From the human T2T-CHM13v2.0 reference genome, Homo sapiens: a DNA stretch of 64,000 bases. The number at the start of each line of letters is the position of its first letter. Position 1 is the stretch's first letter. Below the pieces are notes generated by a model. It ran no database searches. It saw only the letters and a list, made by a program, of their open reading frames with translations, and had not been told where the DNA came from. Of this stretch, positions 12,861 to 27,636 are shown in pieces. A program made the translations under genes and the position numbers. The stretch lies in NCBI RefSeq assembly GCF_009914755.1, contig NC_060933.1, one strand, 5' to 3'.

Positions 12861-13199
12861 CCTAAGCCAACAACCAGATTTCTTCCAGTCCTGGCTTGTA
12901 GAGAGTGAGAAAGATGTACTGGCTTGTCTACTCACATATTAACAAACAAACAAACAAACAAATAATTAAGCAAATCAGTCAAATCCTTTAAAAGAGTCAA
13001 ACACAGCAACTTTGGAAAATCATATGTTAAAAGATATTTATGGATCAGATTAAATAAATAAATAAATGTATGAAAAAAATGTGATTCTATTTTCACTAAT
13101 GGTTAACCAACATTGCTTATTGCCTATGTATGACCTTTTCTTTGGCTTGTATCAAACAGGTATTTGTCCCACCCATCCACCCAGCTAAAAAACAAGCAA

Positions 13200-14000
13200 A
13201 AAAAAGTACTGAACATCTTCTCTGTACCAAATATCCATGAAGTGCTCAGATTTAATGGTGATTGAGGTGTTTCTGCCCTCAAGCATCAGTCTAACCAAAG
13301 ATACAGACAGAAAATTCAGTAGAGTATGACAGTGCTTTGATAGGGAAATGAACAGGGTACTAAGGACAGACAGAAAATAAGAAGTTAATTCAGTCTGAAT
13401 ATGTCAGAGAAAACTTCCCAGAAAAGGTGACAGCTAGGTTGAGTGGGAGTCAAACTGTTGGTAGGAAGGCACATGGAGAGGAGAGAAGGGGAAGGACATT
13501 TGGGAAGTGGGAGTGTCTTATGTGATGGACAAGAGGCAAGAGAAGTGTGACCCACTCAGAGAGCCAAAAGAAGTTCACAGTGGCTGAAACACAGAGTCTA
13601 AGGACTGGAGAGGTGACAGCTGAAACACAGGCCATATCATGCAGGGCCACATAGAGTTTTGAATTTTATTGTAATCACACTGAGAATTAATTGAAGGGTT
13701 CAAGCCAGGGCCTAAGGAGTGGGTCATAATCCCATTTGTGTGTTAGGAAGATGATTCCGGCTGCAGCATGGAGAATGGATCTGTGAGGGGAAAAAGGGGT
13801 GACTAACAGAACATAGGACTAGTTACAGAGTATTGAAATAATCCAGCCAACAGATGAAGATGACCACCCAGGTACTGCCAGTGAGAATGGAGAGAAGTAG
13901 ATACCACCTGAACACTTAGCAGAACGAGGCACGTTTAGCAATTGAATGAAGGCAGGGTGAAGGAGGGCATGGTGTGAAGGATGCTGTGTCTGCTGGTCCC
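13200..14000 (-). mobile_element. L2 fragment
   Basis: L2 3' region in antisense (gaaaacttcccagaaaaggtgacag, ggctgcagcatggagaatggat). Confidence 0.75.
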
Positions 14001-14158
14001 CTCAGTCCCCGAGCAAAAGGACTGATTTTTTTTTGGTTCCAGGTTCTTTTCTGGTTCAGATGACATGGCTCTGTGTCCCCTAACTTTTGACCCATCAATC
14101 CATACTTTTTGACATCTCTCATCTGTTCTTTTGCCCCGTATTTCCTTCCACCTCCCAG

Positions 14159-14486
14159 TACATTAACTAGGGCAATGTGAACTGCTGTATCAAAGCCAAA
14201 ACTCAGTTGTTGACACAATAGAAGCACATTTCTTGCTCATGTAAGAGTCTTCTCTGGTCAATCGGAGGCTTTCTTCCATATGTGGGTTTAGATAGGAGGC
14301 TTCCTTCTGTTGCATGGTTTGCCATTCCCTAGGACCTGAGTTCTCAGCATTTAGATGGTAGAGGGGCAAGAAGGTGGAGAAAGTATCTTTATTACTTAAA
14401 ACCCCACCTACACCTCCATTAATAAGAACTTACCACATGAGGGAGGGAGCAGGAAGTTTTGCTTGACAGCAAGCCACCTCTGTCAC
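14159..14486 (-). mobile_element. Old MLT1 (MLT1I/J-like) LTR
   Basis: catttcttgctcatg ... ctctgtcaca. Confidence 0.55.
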
Positions 14487-14719
14487 ATCCAGCCTGCCTA
14501 TGTCTTAACTCCTTTTTTTTCTCTTGTCTTTATTTATCTCCTTCTCCTACTATCTGACAGTTGATCACTGGAATGGTTGTAAACATCTTCATTCATCTGG
14601 TTTTGATACAGAAGGAGGATGACACTTCTCAAATGCATCAACAACGGAGAAAGAATAATTCACAAACTACTTATCACAAGGTAAACCCACGATCATTTTT
14701 CTTCTACTGAGCAAAGAAC

Positions 14720-15060
14720 ACCTAAGAGACAGGAGACCTGGCTTCAAATTCTGGCTCCATCAATAACTTACAGCATGACTTAAGCAAGACACTTCACTTC
14801 TATGGACCCCAATTTTCCCATCAGTAACATGGATGGAGTGTGCTACACCAATATTTCTCCAAGTGTGTTCCAAAGAACATTAGGTTCATGAGGTGCTCTT
14901 TGAAAAACTCTTCTATGGTCAAATAGATTTGGGAAATAGTGTGAACTTTAACCACTGCTTTGAGGACAGCTGAGGCTCATAACAATAAGAGAGGCTCTGA
15001 TAACTCCTATGCTAAGGAAATCTGCTAGACTTTAACCTGACATTTCCTAATCTTGAGAGG
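14720..15060. mobile_element. MIR followed by a MER103-like hAT-Charlie fragment
   Basis: MIR core at 14720-14830; ccaagtgtgttccaaagaacattagg ... tggtcaaatagatttgggaaa. Confidence 0.6.
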
Positions 15061-15789
15061 TGAAATTTATATATTCAAGTATTAATCTGTTATTAAACTG
15101 TTTTACCACTCATGAATTGGTCAATGGTACAGAGAAGCTCAGATTCCAGTGAGAAAAATGAATTATCTCAGTAACTAAGACTCAGAGTAAGGGAAAAAGA
15201 GGGAGAGCTGAGGACTGACATGGGGAAAAAGAAACCTTTTATGCATTGAGAAGCTGCAGGAAATCTTTCATGCATCGAGAAGCTATGAGAAAGCTCTGCA
15301 CCAAGCCAATGTGTCCCTCTTCTATGTGGGTGACCTGCAAACTGCCAGCGACTAACCCATGGAACTTTGAGAGTCTGGATGGAAGTGATGTTTATCATTG
15401 CCCATGAGATTCTGCCTAAACCTCTCACCTGTTCCAGATGGACCATCTCCTGTAGACAAGCTGCTGATGTAAAGGTCCTAGACACTCATAAGTCACTCAG
15501 AACAAAAAGGGATTTGGCCACCTTTTGAGGGGAGGATGATAATGAGAGGAAACGCCTTCAGATCAAGGTGGGGCAGGTACGGCCAGTTGGAAATTCCCTT
15601 CTGAGCCAGGAAAATGGTGGTGATTTCATTTCTATTTATGTTGTTTAACCATGAGACATCGTAGTAGATAATGCTTCCTTATACCATATTCTCATACTCA
15701 CCTAGATCGTTTGCAGCTATGGTGTCAGTACCAGAAGCTGGCAGCTTCTCTCTCAACTATCTCTCTTTTTCTAAGCTTCAGGATATTTT

Positions 15790-16150
15790 TTAGCAGAAGC
15801 ATGTTCTACAGCAAGCAGACACAGCTCAGAAGTGTAGGAAAATTAATACCTCCAAAGGTAGTCTCCAGCCAGAGGGAGATGCAAACTGGTGGATACAAGC
15901 CTCAGTCCCCCTGTACTCGTGTAGGGTAATTTTGAAGTATACTCTACTTTTTTCGGAGCATCTTCAGCAGAGCTGAGCTCCAATAGCCTATATTAGTAGT
16001 TCAATTTTTATTGCACCTTTCATTTGCTTTTCTCCTTTCTGCGTCTTAATTTATCCATTTCTCCACTTGTATTTCTTGAGATAAACACCCAAGTAAACTA
16101 CCTGAAGCCAAAACTGTGTATCAAGTTCTGCTTTGGGGGAAACCCTCACA
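15790..16150 (+). mobile_element. ERVL-type LTR (LTR16-like) fragment
   Basis: cagctcagaagtgtaggaaaattaatacc ... taaactacctg ... tctgctttgggggaaaccc. Confidence 0.55.
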
Positions 16151-16317
16151 AAAATAAAAACTTTTTCATGTGGCACTCCTTAGGTAATCATAAAGTTCCC
16201 TCTTGCCCTAAACTTCAATGCTCACTCCTTTGGTCACTCTCAGTGGCCAACTCTGAGCCAGTCCCCATTTCACCAGGAGTGAGAGAATGAAGACAAGTTT
16301 GACCACATTTGGATTTT

Positions 16318-17030
16318 TTTTTAAAATTATACTTTAAGTTCTGGGGTACATGTGCAGAACGTGCAGGTTTGTTACATAGGTATACATGTGCCGTGGTGGT
16401 TTGCTGCACCCATCAACCCGTCATCTGCATCAAGTATTTCTCCTAATGCTATCCCTCCTTTAGCCCCCCAGCCCCTGACAGACCCTGGTGTGTGATGTTC
16501 CCCTCCCTGTGCCCATGTGTTCTCATTGTTCAACTCCCACTTATGAGTGAGAACACGCAGTGTTTGGTTTCCTGTTCCTGTGTTAGTTTGCTGAGAATGA
16601 TGGTTTCCAGCTTCATCCAAGTCCCTGCAAAGAACATGAACTCATCCTTTTTTTTGCTGCATAGTATTCCATGGTGTATATGTGCCACATTTTCTTTATC
16701 CAGTCTATCATTGATGGGCATTTGGGTTGGTTCCAAGTCTTTGCTATTGTGAACAGTGCTGCAATAAACATGTGTGTGCATGTGTCTTTATAGTAGAATG
16801 ATTTATAATCCTTTGGGTATATACCCAGCAATGGGATCGCTGAGTCAATGGTATTTCTGGTTCTAGATCCTTGAGGAATCGCCACACTGTCTTCCACAAT
16901 GGTTGAACTAATTTACAGTCCAACCAACAGTGTAAAAACATTCCTATTTCTCCATATCCTCTTCAGCATCTATTGTTTCCTGACTTTTTAATGATCGCCA
17001 TTCTAACTGGCATGAGATGGTATCTCACTG
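16318..17030 (-). mobile_element. 5'-truncated L1PA (L1PA7-like), ~710 bp
   Basis: L1 3'UTR plus ORF2 C-terminus (ORF track ...CPSMIDWIKKMWHIYTMEYYAA); 17-bp TSD gaccacatt(t/c)(g/t)gatttt at 16301-16317 and 17031-17047. Confidence 0.93.
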
Positions 17031-17955
17031 GACCACATTCTGATTTTAGCTCTCCTTCTAATTACTTAAGGTTAAAAATAGTCTTTACTGCAGTGGACCA
17101 TTTTTCCAGAGAAGCCCAGAGCTTGTGAGAAGACCAGGGAGTTGTGAGCTGGTTTCTGGGACATTTTAATAACTTAAAACAGAAGTGCACATATTTTATT
17201 AAACATCTTCCAATTATCTTTAATTTTTATATATAACAGCTTTGCTGAGCTTTAACAGCTTTATATAATTCATATACAGAACAGTTCACCTATTTAAAGT
17301 GTAGAAGTCAAGTATTTTTAACATATAGAATAATGTACAACCATCATCATAATAAATTTTAGATCATTTTCATTACCTCCAGAAACCAATTAACCAAACA
17401 AACAAAAAACCCATACAATTCACAGTCTCTCTCCATTTTTCTGCAAGTCTCCTAGCCATAGGCAACCATCAAGTGACTTTTCATCTCTATAGATTTACCT
17501 AATTTGGACATTTTATATAAATAAAATCATACAACGTGTGGTCTTTTGTAATTGGCTTGTTTTTCTTAACATAATGTTTTCAAGGTTCATTCATGTTGTA
17601 GCATGTACAGTACCTTATTTCTCTTTATGGCCAAATAGTATTCCATTGTACAGATATACCACATTTTATTCATTCCTTCATCAGTTTATGGACACTTCGG
17701 TTGTTTGCACTTTTTGGCTATTATCAATAATGCCGCTATGAACAGTCATGTACAAGTGATTGAGTGAACATATGTTTTTATTTTTCTTGGATATACACCT
17801 AGATGTCCAATTGCTAGGTACCATGGTAACTCTATTTTTTGACCTTTTTAGAAGCTGCCAGACTCTTTTCCAAAACGGATGTAACATGTTCTATTCCCAT
17901 TAGCATTGTATTAGGGTTTTAATTTCACCCACACTGTTTAAAAATGCCTTTTTAA

Positions 17956-18258
<303 letters not shown>

Positions 18259-18404
18259 TTATAGCCATCCTAGTGGGTATGAAGTGGTATCTCATTGTAG
18301 CTTTGATTTGCAATACCCTGATAACTAATTATGTCAAGTACCCTTTAATGGACTTACAGGCCATTTGTATATCTTCTTAGGAAAAATGTCTATTTCTATT
18401 CAAT

Positions 18405-21400
18405 TTTTAAAAATTTTATTTATTTATTCTATTTCAATACCTTTTGAGAAACAGGTGGTTTTTGGTTACATGGATAAGTTCTTTAGTGGTAATTTCTGAG
18501 ATTTTGGTGCACCCATCACCTGCGCAGTGTACACTGTACTCAATGGGTAGTCTTTTATCTCTCACCCCTTCCTACCTTTCTCCATGAGTCCCCAAAGTCC
18601 GTTATATCATTCTTATGCCTTTGTGTCCTCATAATTCAGCTCCCACTTATAAGTGAGAACATACAATATTTGGTTTTCCATTCCTAAGTTACTTCACTTA
18701 GAATAATGGTCTCCAACTCCATACAGGTTGCTGCAAATGGCATTATTTCATTCCTTTTTAAGTCTGAATAGTATTCTGTGGTACATATTTATCACATTTT
18801 CTTTATCCACTTGCTGATTGGTGGGCATTTGGGCTGGTTTCAAATTTTTGCAATTGTGAATTGTGCTGCTATAAACATGTATGTGCAGGTATCTTTTTCG
18901 TATAATGACTTCTTTTCCTCTGAGTAAATACCCAGTAGTGGGATTGCTGGATCAAATGGTAGTTCTACTTTTAGTTCTTTAAGGAATCTCCAAACGGTTT
19001 TCCATAGCTGTACTAGTTTACATTCCCACCAGCAATGTAAACGTGTTCTCTTTTCACCACATTCCTGCCAACGTCTATTATTTTCTGATATTTTGATTAT
19101 GGCCATTCCTGCAGGAGTAAGATGGTATCACATTGTGGTTTTGATTTGCATTTCCCTGATCATTAGTGATGTTGAGCATTTTTTCATATGTTTATTGGCC
19201 ATTTGCATATCTTCTTTTGAGAATTGTCTATTCATGTCCTTAGCCCACTTTTTGATGGGATTGTTTGTTTTTTTCTTGCTAGTTTGTTTGAGTTCCTTGT
19301 AGATTCTGGATTTAGTCCTTTGTTGGGTGCATAATTTGTGAATAATTTCTCCCATTCTATGGGTTGTCTGTTTACTCTGCTGATTCTTTTGCTGTGCAGA
19401 AGCTTTTTAGTTTATTTAAGTCCCATCTATTTTCTTTGGTTTTGTGGCATTTGCTCTTAGGTTCTTGATTATGAAGCCTTTGCCTAAGCAAATGTCTAGA
19501 AGGAATTTTTCAATGTTATATTCTAGAATTTTTATGGTTTCAGGTCTTATATTTAAATATTTGATCCATCTAAGTTGATTTTTATGTAAGGTGAGAGATG
19601 AGTATCCAGTTTCAGTCTTCTACTTGTGGCTTGCCAGTTATCCCAGCAGCATTTGTTGAATAGGGTGTCCTTTCTCCACTTTATGTTTCTGTTTGCTTTG
19701 TCAAAGATCAGATGGCTTTAAGTATTTGGCTTTTGTTCTGGGTTCTCTATTCTGTTTCATTGGCCTAGGTGCCTATTTTTATACCAGTACCATGCTATTT
19801 TGGTGACTGTGGCCTTATAGTATAATTTGGAGTTGTGTAATGTGATGCTTCCAGATTTGTTCTTTTTGCTTAGTCTTTCTTTGGCTATGCAGGCTCTTTG
19901 TTTCATATGAATTTTGGGATTGTTTTTTCAAGTTCTGTAATGAGATGGTGGTATTTTTATGGGAAATGCATTGGAACTCTAGATTGCTTTTGGCAGTATC
20001 TCTAGATTGCTTTTGGTAGTATGATTATTTTCACAATATTGATTCTACCTGTCCATGAACATGGGATGTGTTTCCATTTGTTTGTCTCATCTATGATTTC
20101 TTTCAGCAGTGTTTTGTGGTTTTCCTTGTAGAGATTTTTCACATCCTTAGTTAGGTATATTCCTTGGTTAGGTATATTTGCAGCTATTGTAAAAGGGATT
20201 GAGTTCTTGATGTGATTCTCAGCTTGGTCACTGCTGTTGTATACACAGCAAAGCTACAGATTTGATTACCTTAATTTTGCATCCTGAAACTTTGCTGAAT
20301 CCATTTATCAGTTCTAGGAGCTTTTGGAGGAGTCTTTAGGGTTTTCTAGGTACACAATCATATCATCAGCAAACAGCGACAATTTGACTTCCTCTTTACT
20401 GATTTGGATGTCCTTTATTTCTTTATCTTGTCTGATTGCTCTGGCTGTGATTTCCAGTACTATGTTGAATAGAAGTGGTGAGATTGGGCATCCTTGTCTG
20501 GTTCCAGTTCTCAGGGGGAATGATTTCAACTTTTCCCCCATTCAGTATTATGTCAGCTGTGTGTTTGTCATAGATGGCTTTTATTGCATTAAGGTATGTT
20601 CCTTCTATGCTGATTTTGCTGAGGATTTTAATTATAAAGTGATGCTGGATTTTGTCAAATGCTTTTTCTGCATCTATTGACATGATCATGTAATTTTTGT
20701 TTTTAATGCTATTTTTGTGGTGTATCACATTTATTGACTTGCACATGTTAAAGCATCCCTGGTATGAAACCCACTTGATCATGGTAGATTATTTTTTTGA
20801 TATGCTGTTGGATTTGGTTAGCTAGTATTTTGTTAAGGATTTTTGCATCACATTTGTCAGGGGTATTGGTCTGTAGTTTTCTTTTTTTTGCTATGTCCTT
20901 TCTTGGTTTTGGTATTAGGGTGATACTGGCTTCACAGAATGATTTAGGGAGGATTCTCTTTTCTTCTATCTTGTGGAATAGCATCAATAGGATTGGTATC
21001 AATTTTTCTTTGAATGTCTGATAGAATTCAGCTGTGAAATCATCTGGTCCTGGACTTTTTTTGTTGTTATTGGCAATTGTCTTATAATCGTTTCAATCTC
21101 TCTGCTTGTTATTGGTCTGTTCAGCATTTCTATTTTTTCCTGGTTTAATCTAGGAGGTTTGTATATTTCCAGGAATTTATGTATCTTCTCTAGGTTTTCT
21201 AGTTTATAGGTATAAAGGTGTTCATAGTAGCCTTGAATATTTTTTTGTAATTCTGTGATATCAGTTGTAATATCTCCCATTTCATTTCTAATTGAGTTTA
21301 CTAATGTCTTCTGTCTTCTTTTCTTGGTTAATCTCGCTAATGGTCTATTAATTTTATTTATCTTTTCAAATAATCAGCTTTTTTGTTCCATTTATCTTTT

Positions 21401-24400
21401 GTTTTCTTTTTTGTTTCAATTTCATTTAGTTCTGCTCTTACCTTTGTTATTTCTTCTGCTGGGTTTGGGTTTGGTTTGTTCTTGTTTCTCTAGTTCCATG
21501 AGAAGTGACCTTAGATTGTCTATATGTGCTCTTTCAGACTTTTTGATGATCATTAAGGAATAGGTTATTTAATTTCCATGTATTTGTGTAGTTTTGAGGG
21601 TTCCTTTAGAAATCAGTTTATAGTTTTATTCCACTGTGGTCTGAGAGAGTACTTGATGTAATTCCAATTTTTAAAAATTTATTGAAACTTGTTTTGTGGT
21701 CTATCATATGGTCTATCTTACAGAATGTTCCCTGTGCTGATAAACAGAATGTATATTCTGCATTTGTTGGGTAGAATGTTCTGTAAATATCCATTAAGTT
21801 CATTTGTTCTAAGGTATAGTTTAAATCCACTGTTTCTTTGTTGACTTTTTCTCTTGATGACCTGTCTAGTGCTGTCAGTGGAGTACTGAAGTTCCCCACT
21901 ATTCTTGTGTTGCTGTCTATCACATTTTTTAGGTCTAGTAGTAATTGTTTTATAAATTTGGGAGCTCCAGTATTAGGTGCATATATTTAGGATTGTGACA
22001 TTTTCCACTTGGACATTATATAATGTCCCTCTTCATCTTTTTCAACTGCTGTCGCTTTAAAGTGTTTTTTGTCTGATATAAGAATAGCTATTCCTGCTCC
22101 CTTTTGGTGTCCATTTGCATGGAATATCGTTTTCCACCCCTTTACTTTAAGTTTATGTGAGTCCTTATGTGTTAGGTGAATCTCCTGAAGAAAGCAGATA
22201 CTTGGTTGGTGAATTCTTATCCATTCTGCCATTCTGTATCCTTTAAATGGAGCATTTAGGCCATTTACATTCAGCATTAGTACTGAGACGTGAAGTACTA
22301 TTCTATTAATCATGCTATTTGTTGCCTGAATGCTTTGGGTTTTTAAAATTTTATTGTGTTTTTGTTTTACAGATCCTGTGAGATTTATGCTTTAAGGATG
22401 TTCTATTTTGACGTATTTCAAGGATTTGTTTCATGATTTAGAGCTCCTTTTAGCAGTTCTTGTAGTGCTGGCTTGGTAGTGGCAAATTCTCTCAGCATTT
22501 GTTTGTCTGAAAAAGACTGTATCTTTCCTTCACTCATGAAGCTTAGTTTCACTGGATACAAAATTCTTGGCTAATAATTGTTTTGTTCAAGGAGGCTGAA
22601 TATAGGGCCCCGATCCCTTCTATCTTGTAGGGTTTCTGCTGAGAAGTCTGCTGTTAATATAATAGGTTTTCCTTTATAGATTACCTAGTGCTTTTGCCTC
22701 ACAACTCTTAAGATTCTTTCCTCATTATGACTTTAGGTAACCTGATGACTATGTGTCTAGGTGATGATCTTTTTGTGATAAATTTCTCGGGTGTCGTTTG
22801 AGCTTCTTGTATTTGGATGTCTAGATTTTTAGCAATGCTGTGGAAGTTTTTTTTTTGATTATTCCCTTAAATATGCTTTCAAAACTTTTAGATTTCTCTT
22901 GTTCCTCAGGAATATCAAATCAATTATTCCTAGGTTTGGTCATTTAACATAATCCTAAACTTCTTGGAGGCTTTGTTCATTTTTTATTCTTTTTTCTTTG
23001 TCTTTGTTGGATTAGGTTAATTCAAAAACCTTGTCATTAAGCTCTGAAGTCCTTTCTTCTGCTTGCTTGATTCAATTGCCAAGACTTTTCAGTGCATTTT
23101 GCATTTCTATAAGCATGTCCTTTATTTCCAGAAACTGCTATTTTTTTATTTATGCTATCTATTTCACTGAAGATTTTTTCCTTTGTATCTTATATCATTT
23201 GTTTAAATTTCATTAAATTGGACTTCACCTTTCTCTGGTACCTCCTTGATTAGCTTAATAATTGACCTTCTGAATTCTCTTTTTGGCAATTCAGAGATTT
23301 CTTCTTGGCTTGAATCCATTGCTGGTGAGCAAGGGTGATCTTTTAGGGGTGTTAAAGAACCTTGTTTTGTCATATTACCAGAATTGTTTTTCTGGTTCCT
23401 TCTCATTAAGGTAGACTATGTCAAAGGGAAGACCTGGGGCTCAAGGGCCACTATTCAGATTCTTTTGTCCCATTGGGTACTCCCTTGATGTAGTGCTCCC
23501 CCAATTTCCCCAGGGATGGGGTTTTCTGAGAGCCAAAGTGTAGTGATTGTTATTTCTCTTCTGGATCTAGCCATCCAGCAGAGCTACCTGGCTCCAGGCT
23601 GGTACTTGGGGGTGTCTACACAGAGTCCTGTGATGTGAACCATCTTCAGGTCTCTTAGCTGTGGATAGCAGCACTTGCTCTGGTGGAGGTGGCAGGAGAG
23701 TGAAATGAACTCTGTGAGGGTCCTTAGTTGTAGTTTTGTTTATTGCACTAGTTTTGTGCTGTTTGGCCTCCTGCCAGGAAGTGGAGGATCAAGAGAGCAT
23801 CAGCTGTGGTAGTATAGGGATGATCAGGCAGTGGGCAGTGCCCTAGAGTTCCCAAGGGAGCTCTTTGTTTTTGGCTACCAGGGCAGGTAGAGAAAGACCA
23901 TCAGGTGGGGGCAGGGTTAGGTGTGTCTGAGCTCAGACTCTCCTTGGGTGGGGCTTGCTGTGGCTGCTGTGGGGGATTGGGGAGTGGGGGTGTGGTTCTC
24001 AGGCCAATGAAGTTATATTCTCAGGGGGATTATGGCTGCCTCTGCTGTGTCATGTATGTGACCAGTAAGGAAAGCCGACAGTTATAGGCCTCATCCAGCT
24101 GCTATGCAGCCCAAAATGCCAGTCTCACTCCCACCATACCCCCTCCCCAACATCACTGGGTTGTTTCCAGGCAGCAGGTGAGCAGGGCTGAGAACTTGCC
24201 CCAGGCTGCCAACCTTCTGGCTATGAAAGTGAGCGGGGCTTTCAGGTTTCACACTTCTTGCCTGCCATGGCTTCTGTGCTGTGTCTGCACTCCAGATTCA
24301 TGCCCTCTCCCAAGTTATGCCCAGGAAAATTTGCATTCAGTTGAAATTGTTACAAAGTTCAGCTGGAAGCTTCCCTCTCTCTGTGGTCTTTTTCCAGTTC

Positions 24401-24835
24401 CTCTGGCAGCCCTCCCCCAGGACCTCTGTGAGACAAAGTCAGACATGGCTTCCCTGGGGACTGTGAGAGCCCACGGGGCTCTTCCTGCTGCTTCTTCTAT
24501 CCCTGTATTTTGCTTGGCTCTCTAAAATTGTCTCAGCTCCAGGTAAGGTCAAATCCTTCTCCCCTGATCTGGACCTTCAGGTTCCCCACTGAGGGTGTAT
24601 GTTTGGGAGCAGATGATCCTCCTTTCACATTTTGGGCACTCACAGTTTTTGGGCTGTCTCCTAGGACTGCAGGAGCAACCTGCTCCCTTCAAAGTGTCTG
24701 TGGATCCTCTCGGCTTTCCTGGTACGTTCCTGCAGCAGTTCTTGGAGCAAAAGTTCATGATGTGATTCTCCACATAGTGCTCTGTCTCTCCAAGTGGAAG
24801 CTGCAATTTGGTCCTGCCTCCTATTCACCATTATC
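18405..24835 (-). mobile_element. Near full-length, decayed L1PB (L1PB1-like 3' end)
   Basis: L1PB 3'UTR; ORF2 remnants ([15 protein letters not shown] at 20314-20541; endonuclease LNVNGLN at 21987-22313); ORF1 N-terminus MRRNQKNNSGNMTKQG at 23203-23406; 5'UTR to ~24835; many stops and frameshifts. Confidence 0.92.
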
Positions 24836-24847
24836 CTAACCTCTCTG

Positions 24848-27636
24848 ATATGAAGCTTATTTTTGCTGGATACAGAATTCTTAGCTGACAGCTATTTTGT
24901 TTCAGGAGGCTAAAGATGGAATCCCTATCCCTTCTGGCTTGCGGGGTTTCTGCTGAGAAATCTGCTGTTAATCTTATAGGTTTTCCTTTGTAGGTAATCT
25001 GATGCTTTTGTTTCACAGCTCTTAAGATTCTTTCCCTTGTCTTGACTTTAAATAACCTGATGACTATGTGCCTAGGTGATGATCTTTTTGTGATGGATTT
25101 CCCAGGTGTTCTTTGAGCTTCTTGTATGTGGATGTCTAGATCTCTAATAAGGTCAGGGAAATTTTCCTCAATTATTCTTTCAAATAAGTTTTCCAAACAT
25201 TTAGATTTCTATTCTTCCTCAGAAACAACAATTATTCTTAGGTTTGGCCACTTAACATAATCCCATTTTTTTGGAGGCTTTGCTCATTTTTTAAAAAATT
25301 CCTATTTCTTTGTCTTTGTCTAATTGGGTTAATGTGAAAGCCTTGTTTTTGAGCGGTGAAGTTCTTTCTTCTACTTGGTCTAGTCTTTGTTGAAACCTTT
25401 GAGTGCATTTTGTATTTCTCTAAGTGTGATTTTTATTTCCAGAAGTTGTGATTGTATTTTCTTTATGATATCTATTTCTCTGGAGAATTTTCCATCCATA
25501 TCCTGTATTTTTTAAAAGTTTCTTTACATTGTTTTTCACCTTTCTCTGGTGCCTCCTTGAGTAGCTTAATAATCAATCTTCTGCATTCTTTATCTGGCAA
25601 TTCAGAGATTTCTTCTTGGTTTGGATCCATGGCTGGGGAGCTAGTGTGATCTTTTGTGGATGTTATAGACCCCTGTTTTGTCATATTACCAGAATTACTT
25701 TTCTGTTTCCTTCTCATTTGGGTAGACTATTTCAGTGGAAAGGTCTGCAACTAAAAGCCTGCTGCTCAGATTCTTTTGTTTCACAGGGTGATCCCTTGAT
25801 GTGGTGCTCTCCTTCTCCTAGGGATGGGGCTTTCTGAGAACAGGACTGCAGTAATTGTTATTGCTCTTCAGGGTCTAGCTACCCCGCAGGGCTATCAGGC
25901 TCCAGGCTGGTACTAGGGAATGTACAAAGAGTCCTGTGATTGATTCGTCTTCAGGTCTCCTAGCCATGGATACCTGAATCTGCACTGACAGAGGTAGCAG
26001 GGGAGTGAAGTAGACTCTGTGAGAGTCCTTGGTTATATATATGTTTAGTGTGCTGGCTTTCTCAAATGCTGGCTGTGCTAGCAGTGAAGTTGTCATGTGG
26101 ACACACTCAGGACCTCTGGTTAGCCAAGATGTTTCAGACAGTGAAATTAGCTATTGTTTTCTCCTTCCTGGGATCAGGGTTATTCTGCCATGAGGTGCTG
26201 TAATAGCCTGAGTTGGTTGGCCTCTAGCCAGGAGGTGGTACTTTCAAGAGAGCACCAACTAAGGTAGCAGGGAGATCCAAGCTTGCCCTAAGTTGGCCAG
26301 GGTAAGTCTTTTGGTTTCTCAGGCAATGGGCTGGGCCATAAGGCTCCCAAGAGTTTCTATCTTTTGTGTTCAGCTATTTGGTCTAGTAGCAGACCAAGAG
26401 AATTCTCTGGGTCAGAGCAGGTAGAGAATTACCATAAGGTGGGGACAAGGCTAGGCAGTTCTGAGCTCAGACTCTCCTTGGGCAGGGTTTGCCATGGCCA
26501 TTGTTGGAGAAGGGAGGTGGTTCTCAAACCAATGGGGTTATATACCAGAGGGGATTTTGGCTGCCTCTGATGTGTCATATAGTTTGCCAGGGAAGTAGAG
26601 GGTAGCCAGCAGTGAGAGGCCTCACCCAGCTCCCATGCAGTTGGTGAGGCCTGTCTCACTCCTGCAGCGCCCCACTCAGGCCTTGCTCCATGCTGTCAGC
26701 TTCCCCATTGAGAGAGCAAGTACAGCTTTTGGACCTCCTCACTCCCCATCTGCCCACTCTGTTGGCAGCAGCTCCTGCACCCATATCTGCAGAAGTTCCT
26801 GCTTGTCGCCTGGATTCTGCTCAAGAAAATGTGTGCCCAGTCAAGAGTATTACTAATTTCAGTTGGAAGCTTCTTTTTCCTTGTGAGCCCTCCCTAATTC
26901 CACTGGCTGCCTTCCTTGTGGGTCCCTGTGAGATATAGTCAGGAATGGCTTCCCTGAACTCAAACTGGAGACTGGAAGTGCCTTCTAGGCACTGCTTCTA
27001 CTTATTTTTATTTTATTTTATTTTATTATTATTATTATTTTTGAGACAGAGTCTCACTCTGTCACCCAGGCTGGAGGGCAGTGGTGCAATCTTGGCTCAC
27101 TGCAACCTCCGCCTCCCGGGTTCAAGTGATTCCCTTGCCTCAGCCTCCTGAGTAGCTGGGAAGCTGGGATTACAGGCATCCACTACCACACCCAGCTAAT
27201 TTTTATATTTTTAGTAGAGACAGGGTTTCACCATGTTGGCCAGGCTGGTCTTGAACTCCTGACCTCAGGTATCCACCTGCCTTAACGTCTACTTTTATAT
27301 TTCATGAGGTTCCCTAAATCTGTGTCAGCTCTAGATAAGGTTAAATTCTTCTCCTGTGATCTAGATTTTCAGATTCCCCAGTGGGGATATATGCTCTGAG
27401 GAAGGTTTTCCACCTCTCACACTTTGGGAACTCACAGTTTTTTGCCTGTCTTGTGGAATTTGCAGTGGCGTGCTACTTCTTTCAACTGATCTGTGAATTC
27501 TTTCAGTTTTCCTGGTACATTCCTGCTGTCATTCTTGGAGCAAAAGTAAGTTCATGATGTGAGTCTCTACACACTGTTCTGTCCATCCAAGTGGGAGCTG
27601 CACATTAGCTCTGTCTCCTATCTGCCATCTTGTCTC
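24848..27636 (-). mobile_element. Second L1PB-type 5'UTR plus partial ORF1 (no own ORF2 or 3' end)
   Basis: ORF1 pieces MRRKQKSNSGNMTKQG (25472-25717) and ...KGKPIRLTADFSAET (24831-25196); 5' terminus ctatctgccatcttg at ~27630. Confidence 0.88.
27004..27284 (-). mobile_element. 5'-truncated Alu (AluS) inside the L1PB 5'UTR
   Basis: Reverse Alu stopping at atccacctgcctt; TSD tctactt; small internal duplication agctggga-agctggga. Confidence 0.93.
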
